64,000 bases of DNA. It comes from an uncultured Collinsella sp. (GTDB lineage Bacteria; Actinomycetota; Coriobacteriia; Coriobacteriales; Coriobacteriaceae). The stretch lies in contig CABQWP010000001.1 of assembly GCA_902467875.1 (NCBI GenBank), positions 41,266 to 105,265 of the forward strand, read 5' to 3'. Position numbers and translations under genes: made by a program. The number at the start of each line of letters is the position of its first letter. Within the stretch, counting starts at the first letter, position 1. A model generated the notes under the pieces. That model was not told where the DNA came from and did not search any database. It was given only the letters and a program-made list of their open reading frames with translations. This document shows positions 9,901 through 18,469 of this stretch, piece by piece.

Positions 9901-10495
9901 GGAGGAGTACGAGCAGCTCAAGCGCCGCGCCGACTACATCGAGGAGCAGCTGGCCGATCTGGAGAGCGCGCGCAAGGCGCTCACCAAGATCACGGTGGCC
10001 ATTGATCGCAAGATGCGCAAGGCGTTCCTGGTGACGTTTGAGAAGGTCGACGCGAACTTCCGCGAGATCTTCGCTATGCTCTTCCCGGGCGGCCAGGCTC
10101 ATCTGGAGATGACCGATCCCGAGCATCCTGCCGAGACGGGTATCGAGGTCGTGGCGCAGCCGCGCGGCAAGCGCATCACCAAGATGATGCTCATGTCGGG
10201 CGGCGAGAAGAGTCTGACGGCGCTCGCCTTGCTCTTTGCCGTGTATCGCACGCGCACGGTGCCGTTCTATGTGCTGGACGAGGTCGAGGCGGCGCTCGAT
10301 GACGCCAACCTGTCCAAGCTCATCGGCGCGCTCGATGTGTTGCGTTCCGATACGCAGCTCTTGGTTATCTCGCATCAGCGCCGTACTATGGAGGACGCTG
10401 ACGTCCTCTATGGCGTCTCGATGCAAGCCGACGGCGTCAGTCGCGTCGTCTCGCAAAAACTCGATCGCGAAACCGGAAAGGTCGTGAATGCATAA
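6959..10495 (+). CDS. smc: Chromosome segregation protein SMC
   Basis: GFKSFA, GPNGSGKSN, long coiled coils with hinge, MSGGEKSL, LDEVEAALD. Confidence 0.97.
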   Translation: MYLKSLTLKGFKSFADRAHMTFEPGLTVIVGPNGSGKSNISDSILWVLGEQSAKQLRGQAMEDVIFSGSSARKPGGGAEVTLVLDNSDHMLPVDFDEVAITRRMYRSGESEYLINSSPCRLMDIQDILHDSGLGKDTHSIISQGKLDAILQSRPEERRALIEEAAGISKHKRRKERALKKIKSMDEHLTRARDINKEIARQLRPLERQVDRARKYKELSSRANELTQMLAVDELRSLQSQWNDLESRSKEGAAELELAQYRLGEKERELEKLQVMLEEKGLFVGDLGEQRRHMQDVVGRINSDMRLLEEKGHNMVSRLSDMRGQISSSEHQRRRVVEELEDARAQLEEVTGAHMQAQEDVDAAGPAAAELHERRVALDNQISQLTREQRDVQRVADNAALELAKVKDSLSNAEVEDNMYASRLEQIDEQLEEVTASLESRRDRAEELEGALEEARRAQVDAREATETARAALKDLRARESEARNKLSEVRSELASQKKFDARMADSSPLVSRLVGALGDDVSGRLGDVLEAPRELEGLVEQLLAGDIDALLFDDAAALERAGRAALDQKKASGEALLVARGVSGSAAAEGAAGSRLVDRLSVRAGYGPIVEALVGGYYVVDDLAAALAAPVVDGVTYVTPDGVRVSCGGLVRVGLDAGEASGALERKRRIRELEGLEPDLAAVFEHVSDQVVEANAAVEEARAAEGDAAGEIARLEGERRSLLSEIGRLEQSANNAEVERVRISKRREQASEAVRAARPRVDELTRSRDEARAQASDLGLQISEANDELDRVRRDDSEAAGKLADAKVRLAQTSERLRSLKGRVPDLEHRLEGIDRRIRGTRQASRSLELLRLRVDPMHERYSALLERASDWAARLRDQASLEEADSASLKKTIEDAKAEVARAKERVDTASATQNEFKVARGKLEVQVEAAIKAITADGTTVLEEALMLPAPTDRDAAERELNQLVRQINNLGPVNQVAMEEYEQLKRRADYIEEQLADLESARKALTKITVAIDRKMRKAFLVTFEKVDANFREIFAMLFPGGQAHLEMTDPEHPAETGIEVVAQPRGKRITKMMLMSGGEKSLTALALLFAVYRTRTVPFYVLDEVEAALDDANLSKLIGALDVLRSDTQLLVISHQRRTMEDADVLYGVSMQADGVSRVVSQKLDRETGKVVNA

Positions 10496-11412
10496 TGGGA
10501 TTCTTCGATGCTCTCTCGCGCGGACTTGAGCGAAGCCGCGAGGCCCTCAACGAGGTCTTCTACTTTGGCGGCGAGGTCGACGAGGATTTTTGGGAGGACC
10601 TGGAGGACACCCTCGTCATGGGTGACATGGGCGCCGAGATCGCCATTCAGGTCTCCGATGACCTGCGCGATGCCGCGGCCAAGAAGAACCTCAAGACCGC
10701 TCCACAGCTTCGCCGTGCCCTGGCCGAGCAGCTTGAGCAGCACTTTGTGCCCATCGAGCGCGATCCGTTCTCCGATACGCCGAGCTGCGTGCTGTTTGTG
10801 GGCATTAACGGTGCCGGCAAGACCACGACGGTCGGTAAGATCGCGAGCGTCATGGCCTCCCGCGGCAAGAACGTCGTGATCGGTTCGGCCGATACCTTCC
10901 GCGCTGCCGCTATCGAGCAGCTCGATGTGTGGGGTCAGCGCGCTGGCGTCCCCGTCATCAAGCGCGACCGCGGCTCCGACCCGGCAAGTGTTTGCTACGA
11001 CGTGCTCGACGAGGCCGACAAGCGCGGCAGCGACCTGGTGCTCATCGATACCGCCGGTCGTCTGCACACGAGCCCCGAGCTCATGCGCGAGCTTGCCAAG
11101 GTGGTCAATGTGACCCGTAAGCGCGCCGCCAATATGGCCGCCGGCCCCATGCCCGTCTATGTCGTGCTCGTGATCGATGCCGCAACGGGCCAAAACGGCC
11201 TCAACCAGGCGCTCGAGTTTAACGAGGCGCTGGGTCTGGACGGTATTATCATGACAAAGCTCGACGGCACGGCAAAGGGCGGTATCGCCATGGCCGTGGC
11301 CGAGAAGCTCAAGCTTCCCATCCTGCGCATCGGCGTGGGCGAGCAGGTCGATGACCTGCAGGAGTTCAATGCCAAAGATTTCTGCCGCGCCCTGGTGGGC
11401 GAGTCCAACTAA
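10495..11412 (+). CDS. ftsY: SRP receptor FtsY
   Basis: GINGAGKTTT, DTFRAAA, DTAGR, TKLDGTAKGG. Confidence 0.97.
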   Translation: MGFFDALSRGLERSREALNEVFYFGGEVDEDFWEDLEDTLVMGDMGAEIAIQVSDDLRDAAAKKNLKTAPQLRRALAEQLEQHFVPIERDPFSDTPSCVLFVGINGAGKTTTVGKIASVMASRGKNVVIGSADTFRAAAIEQLDVWGQRAGVPVIKRDRGSDPASVCYDVLDEADKRGSDLVLIDTAGRLHTSPELMRELAKVVNVTRKRAANMAAGPMPVYVVLVIDAATGQNGLNQALEFNEALGLDGIIMTKLDGTAKGGIAMAVAEKLKLPILRIGVGEQVDDLQEFNAKDFCRALVGESN

Positions 11413-11422
11413 GGAGTAACCA

Positions 11423-12898
11423 GTGTTTGATTCCCTGAGCGATCGCCTCAACGACACATTTGACCGCCTGCGTGGCAAGGGTAAGCTGACCGAGGCCGAC
11501 ATTACCTCGGCCATGCGCGACATTCGCATGGCGCTGCTCGAGGCCGACGTCAACTTCAAGGTCGTCAAGGAGTTCGTCGCCAAGACCAAGGAGCGCTGCA
11601 TGACCGCCGAGGTCATGGAGTCACTGTCGCCGGCGCAAAACGTCGTCAAGATCGTGCTCGACGAGCTCACCGAGATGCTCGGCTCCACCGAGAGCAAGCT
11701 CGTCTTTAGCAACCGCATTCCCAATGTCATCATGCTCGTGGGCCTGCAGGGCTCCGGTAAGACCACGGCGGCCGTAAAGCTGGCCTACCAGCTCAAGAAG
11801 CAGGGCCGCTCGCCGCTGCTCGCCGCGTGCGACGTCTACCGTCCCGCCGCTGCCGACCAGCTGGCCACACTCGGTGGAGAGATCGGCGTGCCGGTCTTCC
11901 GCGGCGACGGCGAGCACCCGGTCGATATCGCCAAGGGTGCCATCCAGGAGGCAGTCGACCACCTGCGCGATGTAGTCATCGTCGATACCGCCGGTCGTCT
12001 GCAGATCGACGAGCAGATGATGCAGGAGGCCGTGGATATCAAGAAGGCCGTCAAGCCCGATCAGGTGCTGATGGTCGTCGATGCCATGACCGGCCAGGAT
12101 ATCGTCAACGTCGTCTCGACCTTCGCCGAGCGCACCGACTTTGACGGCGTGATCATCTCCAAGCTCGACGGCGATGCCCGTGGCGGCGGCGCGCTTTCCG
12201 TGCGCCAGGTGACCGGCAAGCCCATCAAGTTTGTGAGCATGGGCGAGAAGCCCGATTCGCTGGAGCCGTTCTATCCCGACCGAATGGCCAAGCGAATCTT
12301 GGGCATGGGCGATGTTGTCGGCATCATCGAGAAGGCCCAGGAGGCGGCCGACGCCGAGCAGCTCGAGGCTGCCGAGCGTATGCTGCGCGAGGGCTTTACC
12401 ATGAACGACATGCTCGACCAGATGAAGGCTGTCAAGAAGATGGGCGGCATGAAGGGCATCCTGGGTATGCTCCCCGGCGGCCAGCGCGCGCTCAACCAGA
12501 TGGGCGGCAATTTGGACGAGGGCATCTTCGACAAGAACGAGGCCATCATCATGTCGATGACCAAGGAGGAGCGCCTGCGTCCCTCCATCATCAACGGCCA
12601 GCGCCGCGCCCGTATCGCCAAGGGCGCCGGCGTGACTCCCACCGAGGTCAATAGCCTTATGAAGCAGTGGGGCGAGATGAACAAGATGATGGGCCGCATG
12701 CGCTCGATGGCCAATCAGGCACAGGCCAGTGGCAAGAAGGGCAAGAAGGGTAAGAAGGGCAAAAAGATGCGCATGCCCAATATTCCCGGTCTGGATGCCA
12801 TGGGCCTGGGCGGCATGGGCGGCCTGGGTACGGGCGGTCCTAAGTCCGATATGGACCTGCTGCGTCAGATGGAAGCGCAGATGCGCAATAAGAAGTAA
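11423..12898 (+). CDS. ffh: Signal recognition particle protein Ffh
   Basis: GLQGSGKTT, DVYRPAA, DTAGR, DGDARGG, Met-rich M domain. Confidence 0.97.
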   Translation: MFDSLSDRLNDTFDRLRGKGKLTEADITSAMRDIRMALLEADVNFKVVKEFVAKTKERCMTAEVMESLSPAQNVVKIVLDELTEMLGSTESKLVFSNRIPNVIMLVGLQGSGKTTAAVKLAYQLKKQGRSPLLAACDVYRPAAADQLATLGGEIGVPVFRGDGEHPVDIAKGAIQEAVDHLRDVVIVDTAGRLQIDEQMMQEAVDIKKAVKPDQVLMVVDAMTGQDIVNVVSTFAERTDFDGVIISKLDGDARGGGALSVRQVTGKPIKFVSMGEKPDSLEPFYPDRMAKRILGMGDVVGIIEKAQEAADAEQLEAAERMLREGFTMNDMLDQMKAVKKMGGMKGILGMLPGGQRALNQMGGNLDEGIFDKNEAIIMSMTKEERLRPSIINGQRRARIAKGAGVTPTEVNSLMKQWGEMNKMMGRMRSMANQAQASGKKGKKGKKGKKMRMPNIPGLDAMGLGGMGGLGTGGPKSDMDLLRQMEAQMRNKK

Positions 12899-12918
12899 CG
12901 ACTGGTTGAGTCGTGTAT

Positions 12919-12965
12919 GGCGTAGGCCGCCTGGATGGTACTCCAGGCGGCCTACGCCGTTTGTT
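12919..12965 (+). terminator. Hairpin between convergent ffh and DUF134 genes
   Basis: Perfect 17-bp stem GGCGTAGGCCGCCTGGA/TCCAGGCGGCCTACGCC, then GTTTGTT. Confidence 0.65.
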
Positions 12966-13014
12966 CGCAGGTTGTCGCACGCGCGGAAGCGTGTTGACGT
13001 CGAGGTGCTTGCCG

Positions 13015-13779
13015 CTAGTGGCAGCTGCAGCCCTCATGTCCGTCGTGGTCGTGATGGCCGTGGCAGCCGCAGGACTCGCCATGCTCATGGGTGTGCTCGT
13101 GGTCGTGGACATGGCAGCCGCAGGTGGCCTCGCCGGTCTGCGCGAGCGTGCCGGCAATGAGGGCCTCGACGCAGGCATCGCAGCTGCCCTGGGCGCCCGC
13201 ATAGACCGTGATGCCGGCTTGAGCAAGCGCGTTGATAGCGCCACCGCCGATGCCGCCGCAGATGAGTGTGTCCACGTCGCCATTGGCGAGCAGACCCACC
13301 AATGCGCCGTGACCGGTGCCGCCGGTGCCTACGACCTGCTCGTTGAGCACCTTGCCATCCTGGATGTCGTAGATCTTGAACTGTTCGCTGCGGCCAAAGT
13401 GCATAAAGATGTTGCCGTTGTCGTACGTCGTTGCCACCCTCATGGTGCTGACCTCCTTTGCTGTCCATGCGGCCGTTGTCGTGGTGATGGGGGAGTATGC
13501 GATATTGCCGCCCTCGATACTGAGCGCTCGCCCGTTGACCAGCGCGTTTGCCACCTTACGATGTGCTCGGCTGCAAATAGCCGCCACCGTGGCGCGCGCG
13601 ATGCCCATCTGCTGTGCGACTGCCTCTTGGTTAAGGCCTTCCAGGTCGCACAGGCGCAGCACCTCGAGTTCGTCGATCGTCATGTCGATGGCGTCTCCAC
13701 TGGCAAGGCCGTCGGGGGTAAAGCCGCGGTATTCGGGGATGATCCCAACGCGGCGTAATTTTTCTCGTCTTCCTGCCAT
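13015..13779 (-). CDS. DUF134 HTH domain fused to a NifB/NifX-type FeMo-cofactor-binding domain, with His/Cys-rich tail
   Basis: N-term DELEVLRLCDLEGLNQEAVAQQMGIARATV...ARKVA-like...NGRALSIEGG (DUF134). Middle HFGRSEQF...LICGGIGGGA (NifB/NifX). Tail CGCHVHDHEHTHEHGESCGCHGHHDHDGHEGCSCH. Confidence 0.85.
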   Translation of the reverse strand: MAGRREKLRRVGIIPEYRGFTPDGLASGDAIDMTIDELEVLRLCDLEGLNQEAVAQQMGIARATVAAICSRAHRKVANALVNGRALSIEGGNIAYSPITTTTAAWTAKEVSTMRVATTYDNGNIFMHFGRSEQFKIYDIQDGKVLNEQVVGTGGTGHGALVGLLANGDVDTLICGGIGGGAINALAQAGITVYAGAQGSCDACVEALIAGTLAQTGEATCGCHVHDHEHTHEHGESCGCHGHHDHDGHEGCSCH

Positions 13780-13793
13780 ACACTCTCCAAATC

Positions 13794-13862
13794 TGACATA
13801 TGTCAACAATAGAATAGCGAACGTGCGGATTTGCGCAAGGAATTTCTGGCATATGTCAGAAA
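13794..13862. promoter_or_regulatory. Two palindromic operator-like sites TGRCATATGTCA
   Basis: TGACATATGTCA at 13794-13805 (perfect). TTTCTGGCATATGTCAGAAA at 13843-13862 (one mismatch). Both in the divergent DUF134/thyA gap. Confidence 0.7.
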
Positions 13863-13945
13863 ATGAGGGCTTATGTTTGGGCTGTGGGGCCGCGTGCGCC
13901 TGGGCTACAATGAATCTCGCTTGTAGGCGACTGACAGGAGGGTCA

Positions 13946-14794
13946 ATGAGCAAAGCTGATCAACAGTTTGTATCCATGTGCCGCGACATTCTGGACCATG
14001 GCACCACCACCGAGGGCCAAAAGGTCCGTCCGGTGTGGGAGGACGGCACCCCTGCCTATACCATTAAAAACTTTGGCGTTACGGCGCGCTACGACCTGCG
14101 CGAGGAGTTCCCCGCGCTCACGCTGCGTCGCACGGCGCTTAAGTCTGCCATGGATGAGATCTTGTGGATCTATCAAAAGAAGTCAAATAACGTCCATGAC
14201 CTCAACAGCCATATTTGGGACGAGTGGGCCGACGAAACCGGCTCCATCGGCAAGGCCTACGGGTACCAGATTGGCCAGAAGAGTCATTATGCCGAGGGTG
14301 ACTTTGACCAGATGGACCGCGTGCTGTACGACCTTAAGAACACGCCGTACAGCCGCCGCATCATGACCAACACCTACGTGTTTAGCGACCTGTCCGAGAT
14401 GCACCTGTATCCGTGCGCCTACAGCGTGACCTATAACGTGACGCAGCGCCCGCAGGACGATAAGCCCACACTCAACATGATTCTCAACCAGCGCAGCCAA
14501 GACATTTTGGCCGCCAACAACTGGAATGTGTGCCAGTACGCCATTTTGCTGATGATGGTCGCGCAGTCGGTCGATATGATTCCCGGCGAGCTGCTGCATG
14601 TGATTGCCGATGCCCACATTTACGACCGTCATGTCGATATCGTCCGTGAACTTATCGAGCGTCCGCAGTTTGCGGCGCCTAAGGTAACGCTTAACCCCGA
14701 TGTGCACGATTTCTATGCGTTTACGACCGACGACCTGATCGTCGAGGGCTATGAGCACGGCCCGCAGGTCAAGAACATTCCTATTGCGGTGTAG
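13946..14794 (+). CDS. thyA: Thymidylate synthase ThyA
   Basis: RYDLREEFPALT, IWDEWAD, GKAYGYQ, SRRI, LYPC, NQRSQD, DAHIYDRH; RBS AGGAGG. Confidence 0.95.
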   Translation: MSKADQQFVSMCRDILDHGTTTEGQKVRPVWEDGTPAYTIKNFGVTARYDLREEFPALTLRRTALKSAMDEILWIYQKKSNNVHDLNSHIWDEWADETGSIGKAYGYQIGQKSHYAEGDFDQMDRVLYDLKNTPYSRRIMTNTYVFSDLSEMHLYPCAYSVTYNVTQRPQDDKPTLNMILNQRSQDILAANNWNVCQYAILLMMVAQSVDMIPGELLHVIADAHIYDRHVDIVRELIERPQFAAPKVTLNPDVHDFYAFTTDDLIVEGYEHGPQVKNIPIAV

Positions 14795-14803
14795 GTGGCG
14801 CTC

Positions 14804-15322
14804 ATGACGTGTAAGCTTTCTGCCATTGTCGCCGTGTGCGACGATTGGGGCATTGGGTGCGAGGGCGACATGGTGGTGTCCAATCGCGCCGACATGCGCC
14901 ATTTTGTGGTGTGCACCAAAGGTTGCCCGGTCATCATGGGGCGCAAGACGCTGCTGAGTTTTCCCGGCGGGCGTCCGCTCAAGAACCGCCGCAATATCGT
15001 GCTTACCCGCGACGAGGATTTTGCGGTCGAGGGCGTCGACGTGGTGCATAGCATCGACGAGGCGCTCGCTGCGGTTGCCGATGAGCCCGTTGCGTGGGTG
15101 ATCGGCGGCGGCGATGTCTATCGGCAGTTTTTGCCGTATTGCGCCGAGGCCGAGGTCACGCACAACCATTGCACCCATGCCGTGGACACGTACTTTCCCG
15201 ACTTGGACGCCGATCCCGCGTGGGAAGTTGCGCGGCGCGAAGGGGTTGCCACGATTGCCGCGGGCGAGGGCGACGAAGGCCTCTATTATGAGTTCGTGAC
15301 GTATCGTCGCGTTGATGCTTAA
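14804..15322 (+). CDS. folA: Dihydrofolate reductase
   Basis: IVAV...GIG, DMRHF, IMGRKT, RPLKNRRNIVL, VIGGG; directly after thyA. Confidence 0.93.
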   Translation: MTCKLSAIVAVCDDWGIGCEGDMVVSNRADMRHFVVCTKGCPVIMGRKTLLSFPGGRPLKNRRNIVLTRDEDFAVEGVDVVHSIDEALAAVADEPVAWVIGGGDVYRQFLPYCAEAEVTHNHCTHAVDTYFPDLDADPAWEVARREGVATIAAGEGDEGLYYEFVTYRRVDA

Positions 15323-15431
15323 ATCTCCTATTTGCCCACGGTATTATCGGGTTGGAATGAGTAAGGGGCGGCGCCTGGCGTCGCCTCGTTTGATATAGAT
15401 GCTGCTGTAAGAAAGGTACGGGCTGGCTGTT

Positions 15432-16346
15432 ATGACTGATGCCGTTGAGGTGCTGCGAATTGACTCGCTCGAGGATGAGCGGCTCGATGCCTACGTGCGA
15501 CTGACCGAACGCGAGCTACGCTGCGTGCTGGAGCCGCAAAAGGGCATCTTTATCGCGGAGAGTGCCAAGGTTATCGAGCGCGCGGTGCGTGCCGGATATG
15601 AGCCGGTGAGCTTTCTTTTGGGCGAACGCTGGCTCGACCAGATGATGCCGCTGTTTGAGCGCCTGGTTGTGCGCGAGGACGCCGGCCCTGTTCCTGTGTT
15701 CGTTGCCTCCATGGAGCTCATGGAGCAATTGACGGGCTTTAACGTGACGCGCGGTGCGCTCGCGGCGTTTCGTCGCCCGCGGCAGATTCCGGTTGATGAG
15801 TTCTTGGGCGGCGTCGTCAAGGCTGCGGGGGAGCGTCCGGTGCGTGTGTGCGTGCTCGAGGGCATTGTCGACCACACCAACGTCGGCGCGATTTTCCGCT
15901 CGGCCGCCGCGCTCAATGTCGACGGCATTCTGGTGAGCCCTACGTGCTGCGATCCGCTGTACCGTCGCTCGGCCCGCGTGAGCATGGGGACCGTGTTTCA
16001 AGTGCCGTGGACGCGTATTGGCAGTGAGGCGCGCGTGTGGCCGTATGACGGCCTGGCGGCGCTTCACGATGCCGGTTTTTCGTGTGCCGCCATGGCGTTG
16101 ACGGACGATTCAGTGTCGTTGGACGATCCCGCGCTACAGGAGATTGACCGCCTGGCAATCTTTATGGGCACCGAGGGTGCCGGTCTGGGCGCCAAGACCA
16201 TCGCGGGCTGCGACCGGGCCGTGCGCATTCCGATGGCGCACGGGGTCGATTCGCTCAACGTGGCCGCGGCGAGTGCCGTCGCCTTTTGGCAGCTGTGCCC
16301 GCATGTGAGCAATGAGTATCACTACCAGCCGGGTTTGTATCACTAG
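15432..16346 (+). CDS. TrmH/SpoU family RNA methyltransferase
   Basis: DHTNVGAIFRSA, GTEGAGL, IPMAHGVDSLNVAAA. Confidence 0.9.
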   Translation: MTDAVEVLRIDSLEDERLDAYVRLTERELRCVLEPQKGIFIAESAKVIERAVRAGYEPVSFLLGERWLDQMMPLFERLVVREDAGPVPVFVASMELMEQLTGFNVTRGALAAFRRPRQIPVDEFLGGVVKAAGERPVRVCVLEGIVDHTNVGAIFRSAAALNVDGILVSPTCCDPLYRRSARVSMGTVFQVPWTRIGSEARVWPYDGLAALHDAGFSCAAMALTDDSVSLDDPALQEIDRLAIFMGTEGAGLGAKTIAGCDRAVRIPMAHGVDSLNVAAASAVAFWQLCPHVSNEYHYQPGLYH

Positions 16347-16471
16347 GCAGATAGTTCGCACCGGGCTCTGACTCGGGGTGTTTCGGTCGACGCCGGTCGG
16401 TGCTAAGCTGCTATTGGTTTTGGCCTTAAATTGCCGTTTTGTTGTTTGACGTATGCTGGTGGGGAGGGCGT

Positions 16472-17821
16472 GTGGCTAAGAAATCTACGGCTATCGATGT
16501 AACGCAGGGTGTTATTTGGCAGCAGCTGCTTTCGCTGTGCGTTCCCATCTTTTTTAGTTCGTTTTTTCAACAGGCCTACACGCTTATCGGTACCTATATC
16601 GTCGGCCAGTTTGGCGGCAAGCTTGCACTGGGTGGCATTCAGGCCACGATGGTGCTCACCGAGCTCTGCATTGGCTTTTGCGTTGGCGTCGGCGCCGGCT
16701 GTGCGGTCATTACCGGTCAGTATTTTGGCCAGCACGATGATGAGCGACTGAGTCGTTCGGTCCATACGGCCATGACCCTCGCGCTGGTGGGCGGTATCGT
16801 TTTCTCGATTCTTGGCATAGTGTTCGTTGAGCCCATGCTGGTGCTTATGAACACGCCGCATGAGCTATTGGCTGAGGGCGTGGCCTATGCTCGTTGCTAT
16901 TTTGCCGCCATGGTTGCGGCGCTGCTGCTCAATATGGGAACGGCACTGCTGCGCGCCGTGGGCGACACGCGCGGGCCTGCTGTGATCATCGCTTCCGGCT
17001 GCCTTGTTAATGCGGTGCTGGATGTTATCTTCGTTGCCGTGCTTCATATGGAGGCTCTGGGCTGCGGCATCGCGGTGGCGCTGACCATTTGCTCCAACGC
17101 CACGATGATCGTGATTCGCATGATGCACGCACCGGGTGCGTGGCGGCTTTCATTGTCCAAACTCGGCATTGATCCTGGCATTTGTAAGAGCATGATCTCG
17201 TGTGGTCTGCCGCTTGGCTTTCAGTCTGCTGCGTATTCGATTTCCAACGTTTTGATTCAGGTGTCGGTCAACTCGTTTGGCGCCGATGTCACCACGGCGT
17301 GGGGTCTTTCGGGCCGTTTGGATGGCATTGTCTGGATGGTTACCGAGGCGCTTGGCGTGTCGATCACCACGTTCTCGGCACAGAACTTTGGCGCGCGCAA
17401 CTACGAGCGCATGCGCAAGGGCTACCATACGTCGCTCGTGCTGTCGTTTATGCTCATTGGTGGCCTGTCTGCCGTGCTGCTGGTGTTCTCGGGTCCTCTG
17501 TCGCGTCTGTTTGTCGACGATGCTTCGATTGCGGCGTACACCACGACGATTCTTCATTTCATCGCGCCGTTCTACGCAATCTTCTCGATTATCGAGAACG
17601 CGTCGGGCTCTATCCGCGGCGCCGGCGTGAGCCTTCAGCCCATGCTGCTCACGATTTTTGGCACTGTCGTGCTCAGGGTGATCTGGGTGTTTGCGATTAT
17701 GCCGTTCGATCCGTCGCTTGAGCATCTGCTGCTGGTTTACCCCGTAACCTGGCTCATCACAGCCACGATGTTCACCATCTACCACCACAGCGGCAACTGG
17801 CTAGGCCGCGCCACTGCCTAA
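16472..17821 (+). CDS. MATE family efflux transporter
   Basis: Many hydrophobic segments; QQAYTLI...VGQ, LRAVGDTRGP, QNFGARNYER. Confidence 0.9.
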   Translation: MAKKSTAIDVTQGVIWQQLLSLCVPIFFSSFFQQAYTLIGTYIVGQFGGKLALGGIQATMVLTELCIGFCVGVGAGCAVITGQYFGQHDDERLSRSVHTAMTLALVGGIVFSILGIVFVEPMLVLMNTPHELLAEGVAYARCYFAAMVAALLLNMGTALLRAVGDTRGPAVIIASGCLVNAVLDVIFVAVLHMEALGCGIAVALTICSNATMIVIRMMHAPGAWRLSLSKLGIDPGICKSMISCGLPLGFQSAAYSISNVLIQVSVNSFGADVTTAWGLSGRLDGIVWMVTEALGVSITTFSAQNFGARNYERMRKGYHTSLVLSFMLIGGLSAVLLVFSGPLSRLFVDDASIAAYTTTILHFIAPFYAIFSIIENASGSIRGAGVSLQPMLLTIFGTVVLRVIWVFAIMPFDPSLEHLLLVYPVTWLITATMFTIYHHSGNWLGRATA

Positions 17822-17829
17822 TGACCCGT

Positions 17830-17897
17830 AGGGGACGGAGGAAAACGGATCATTGGCCCGGCGATAAGGCGAAATGATCCGTTTTCCTCTGTCCCCT
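17830..17897. repeat. 25-bp inverted repeat (REP-like or bidirectional terminator)
   Basis: AGGGGACGGAGGAAAACGGATCATT (17830-17854) and AATGATCCGTTTTCCTCTGTCCCCT (17873-17897), one G-U pair; between convergent genes. Confidence 0.75.
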
Positions 17898-17906
17898 TTG
17901 GATCAA

Positions 17907-18392
17907 TTAGTATTCGATGCCTTGACGGGCTAGGAGGCCTTCGTCGAAGTAGTGTTTGATGGGGCGCATTTCGGTGACCAGGTCCGCGAGGTCTGCGAGG
18001 GGCAGCAGGCCCCGGCCGGTGAGCACGAGCTCCGTGGTGGCGGGCTTTATCGCAATCAGTGCTTCGATATCCTCGCGTGTCACAAAGCCGCGACGCATCG
18101 CTTCGCCGAGTTCGTCCAAAATGAGCACGTCGACCTGCGAGATCTGTTCGCGTGCAAGTTCCATGATCTGCTCGGCGCAAGCCTCGGGCGTGTTGCGATC
18201 GGCCTGTATAATGCGCAGTCCCAGGCGCGGCGCGGCATCGTGTTCGGCGCAGTGCAGCTTCTTGGCAAACTGCAGCATGAGTACGTCGAGTCCATAACCC
18301 GTGGCGCGCATCGCCAGTCCCAGCGCAGCCGTGGTTTTGCCCTTGCCGTCGCCCGTGTAGATCTGAACCTTGCCGACTTCCAGTGATGCCAT
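17907..18392 (-). CDS. cobO: Cob(I)alamin adenosyltransferase, CobA/CobO/BtuR family
   Basis: YTGDGKGKTTAALG, LILDE, ELVLTGR, ADLVTEMRPIKHYF...GIEY. Confidence 0.9.
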   Translation of the reverse strand: MASLEVGKVQIYTGDGKGKTTAALGLAMRATGYGLDVLMLQFAKKLHCAEHDAAPRLGLRIIQADRNTPEACAEQIMELAREQISQVDVLILDELGEAMRRGFVTREDIEALIAIKPATTELVLTGRGLLPLADLADLVTEMRPIKHYFDEGLLARQGIEY

Positions 18393-18469
18393 CTCTGTCC
18401 TTTCGTGCCCGGCGTCGGTTTATCGCCGTCCGGGTTGGGTATTCTAGATAGCATTATCAACCCCAGTAG

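Noticed and set aside
12730..12898. GKKGKKGKKGKK repeat and Gly/Met-rich tail of Ffh
   Set aside because: Low-complexity C-terminal tails are common in actinobacterial Ffh; not a separate element.
12913..13758. 281-aa plus-strand ORF
   Set aside because: Antisense to the DUF134-NifB/NifX gene, which has clear motifs.
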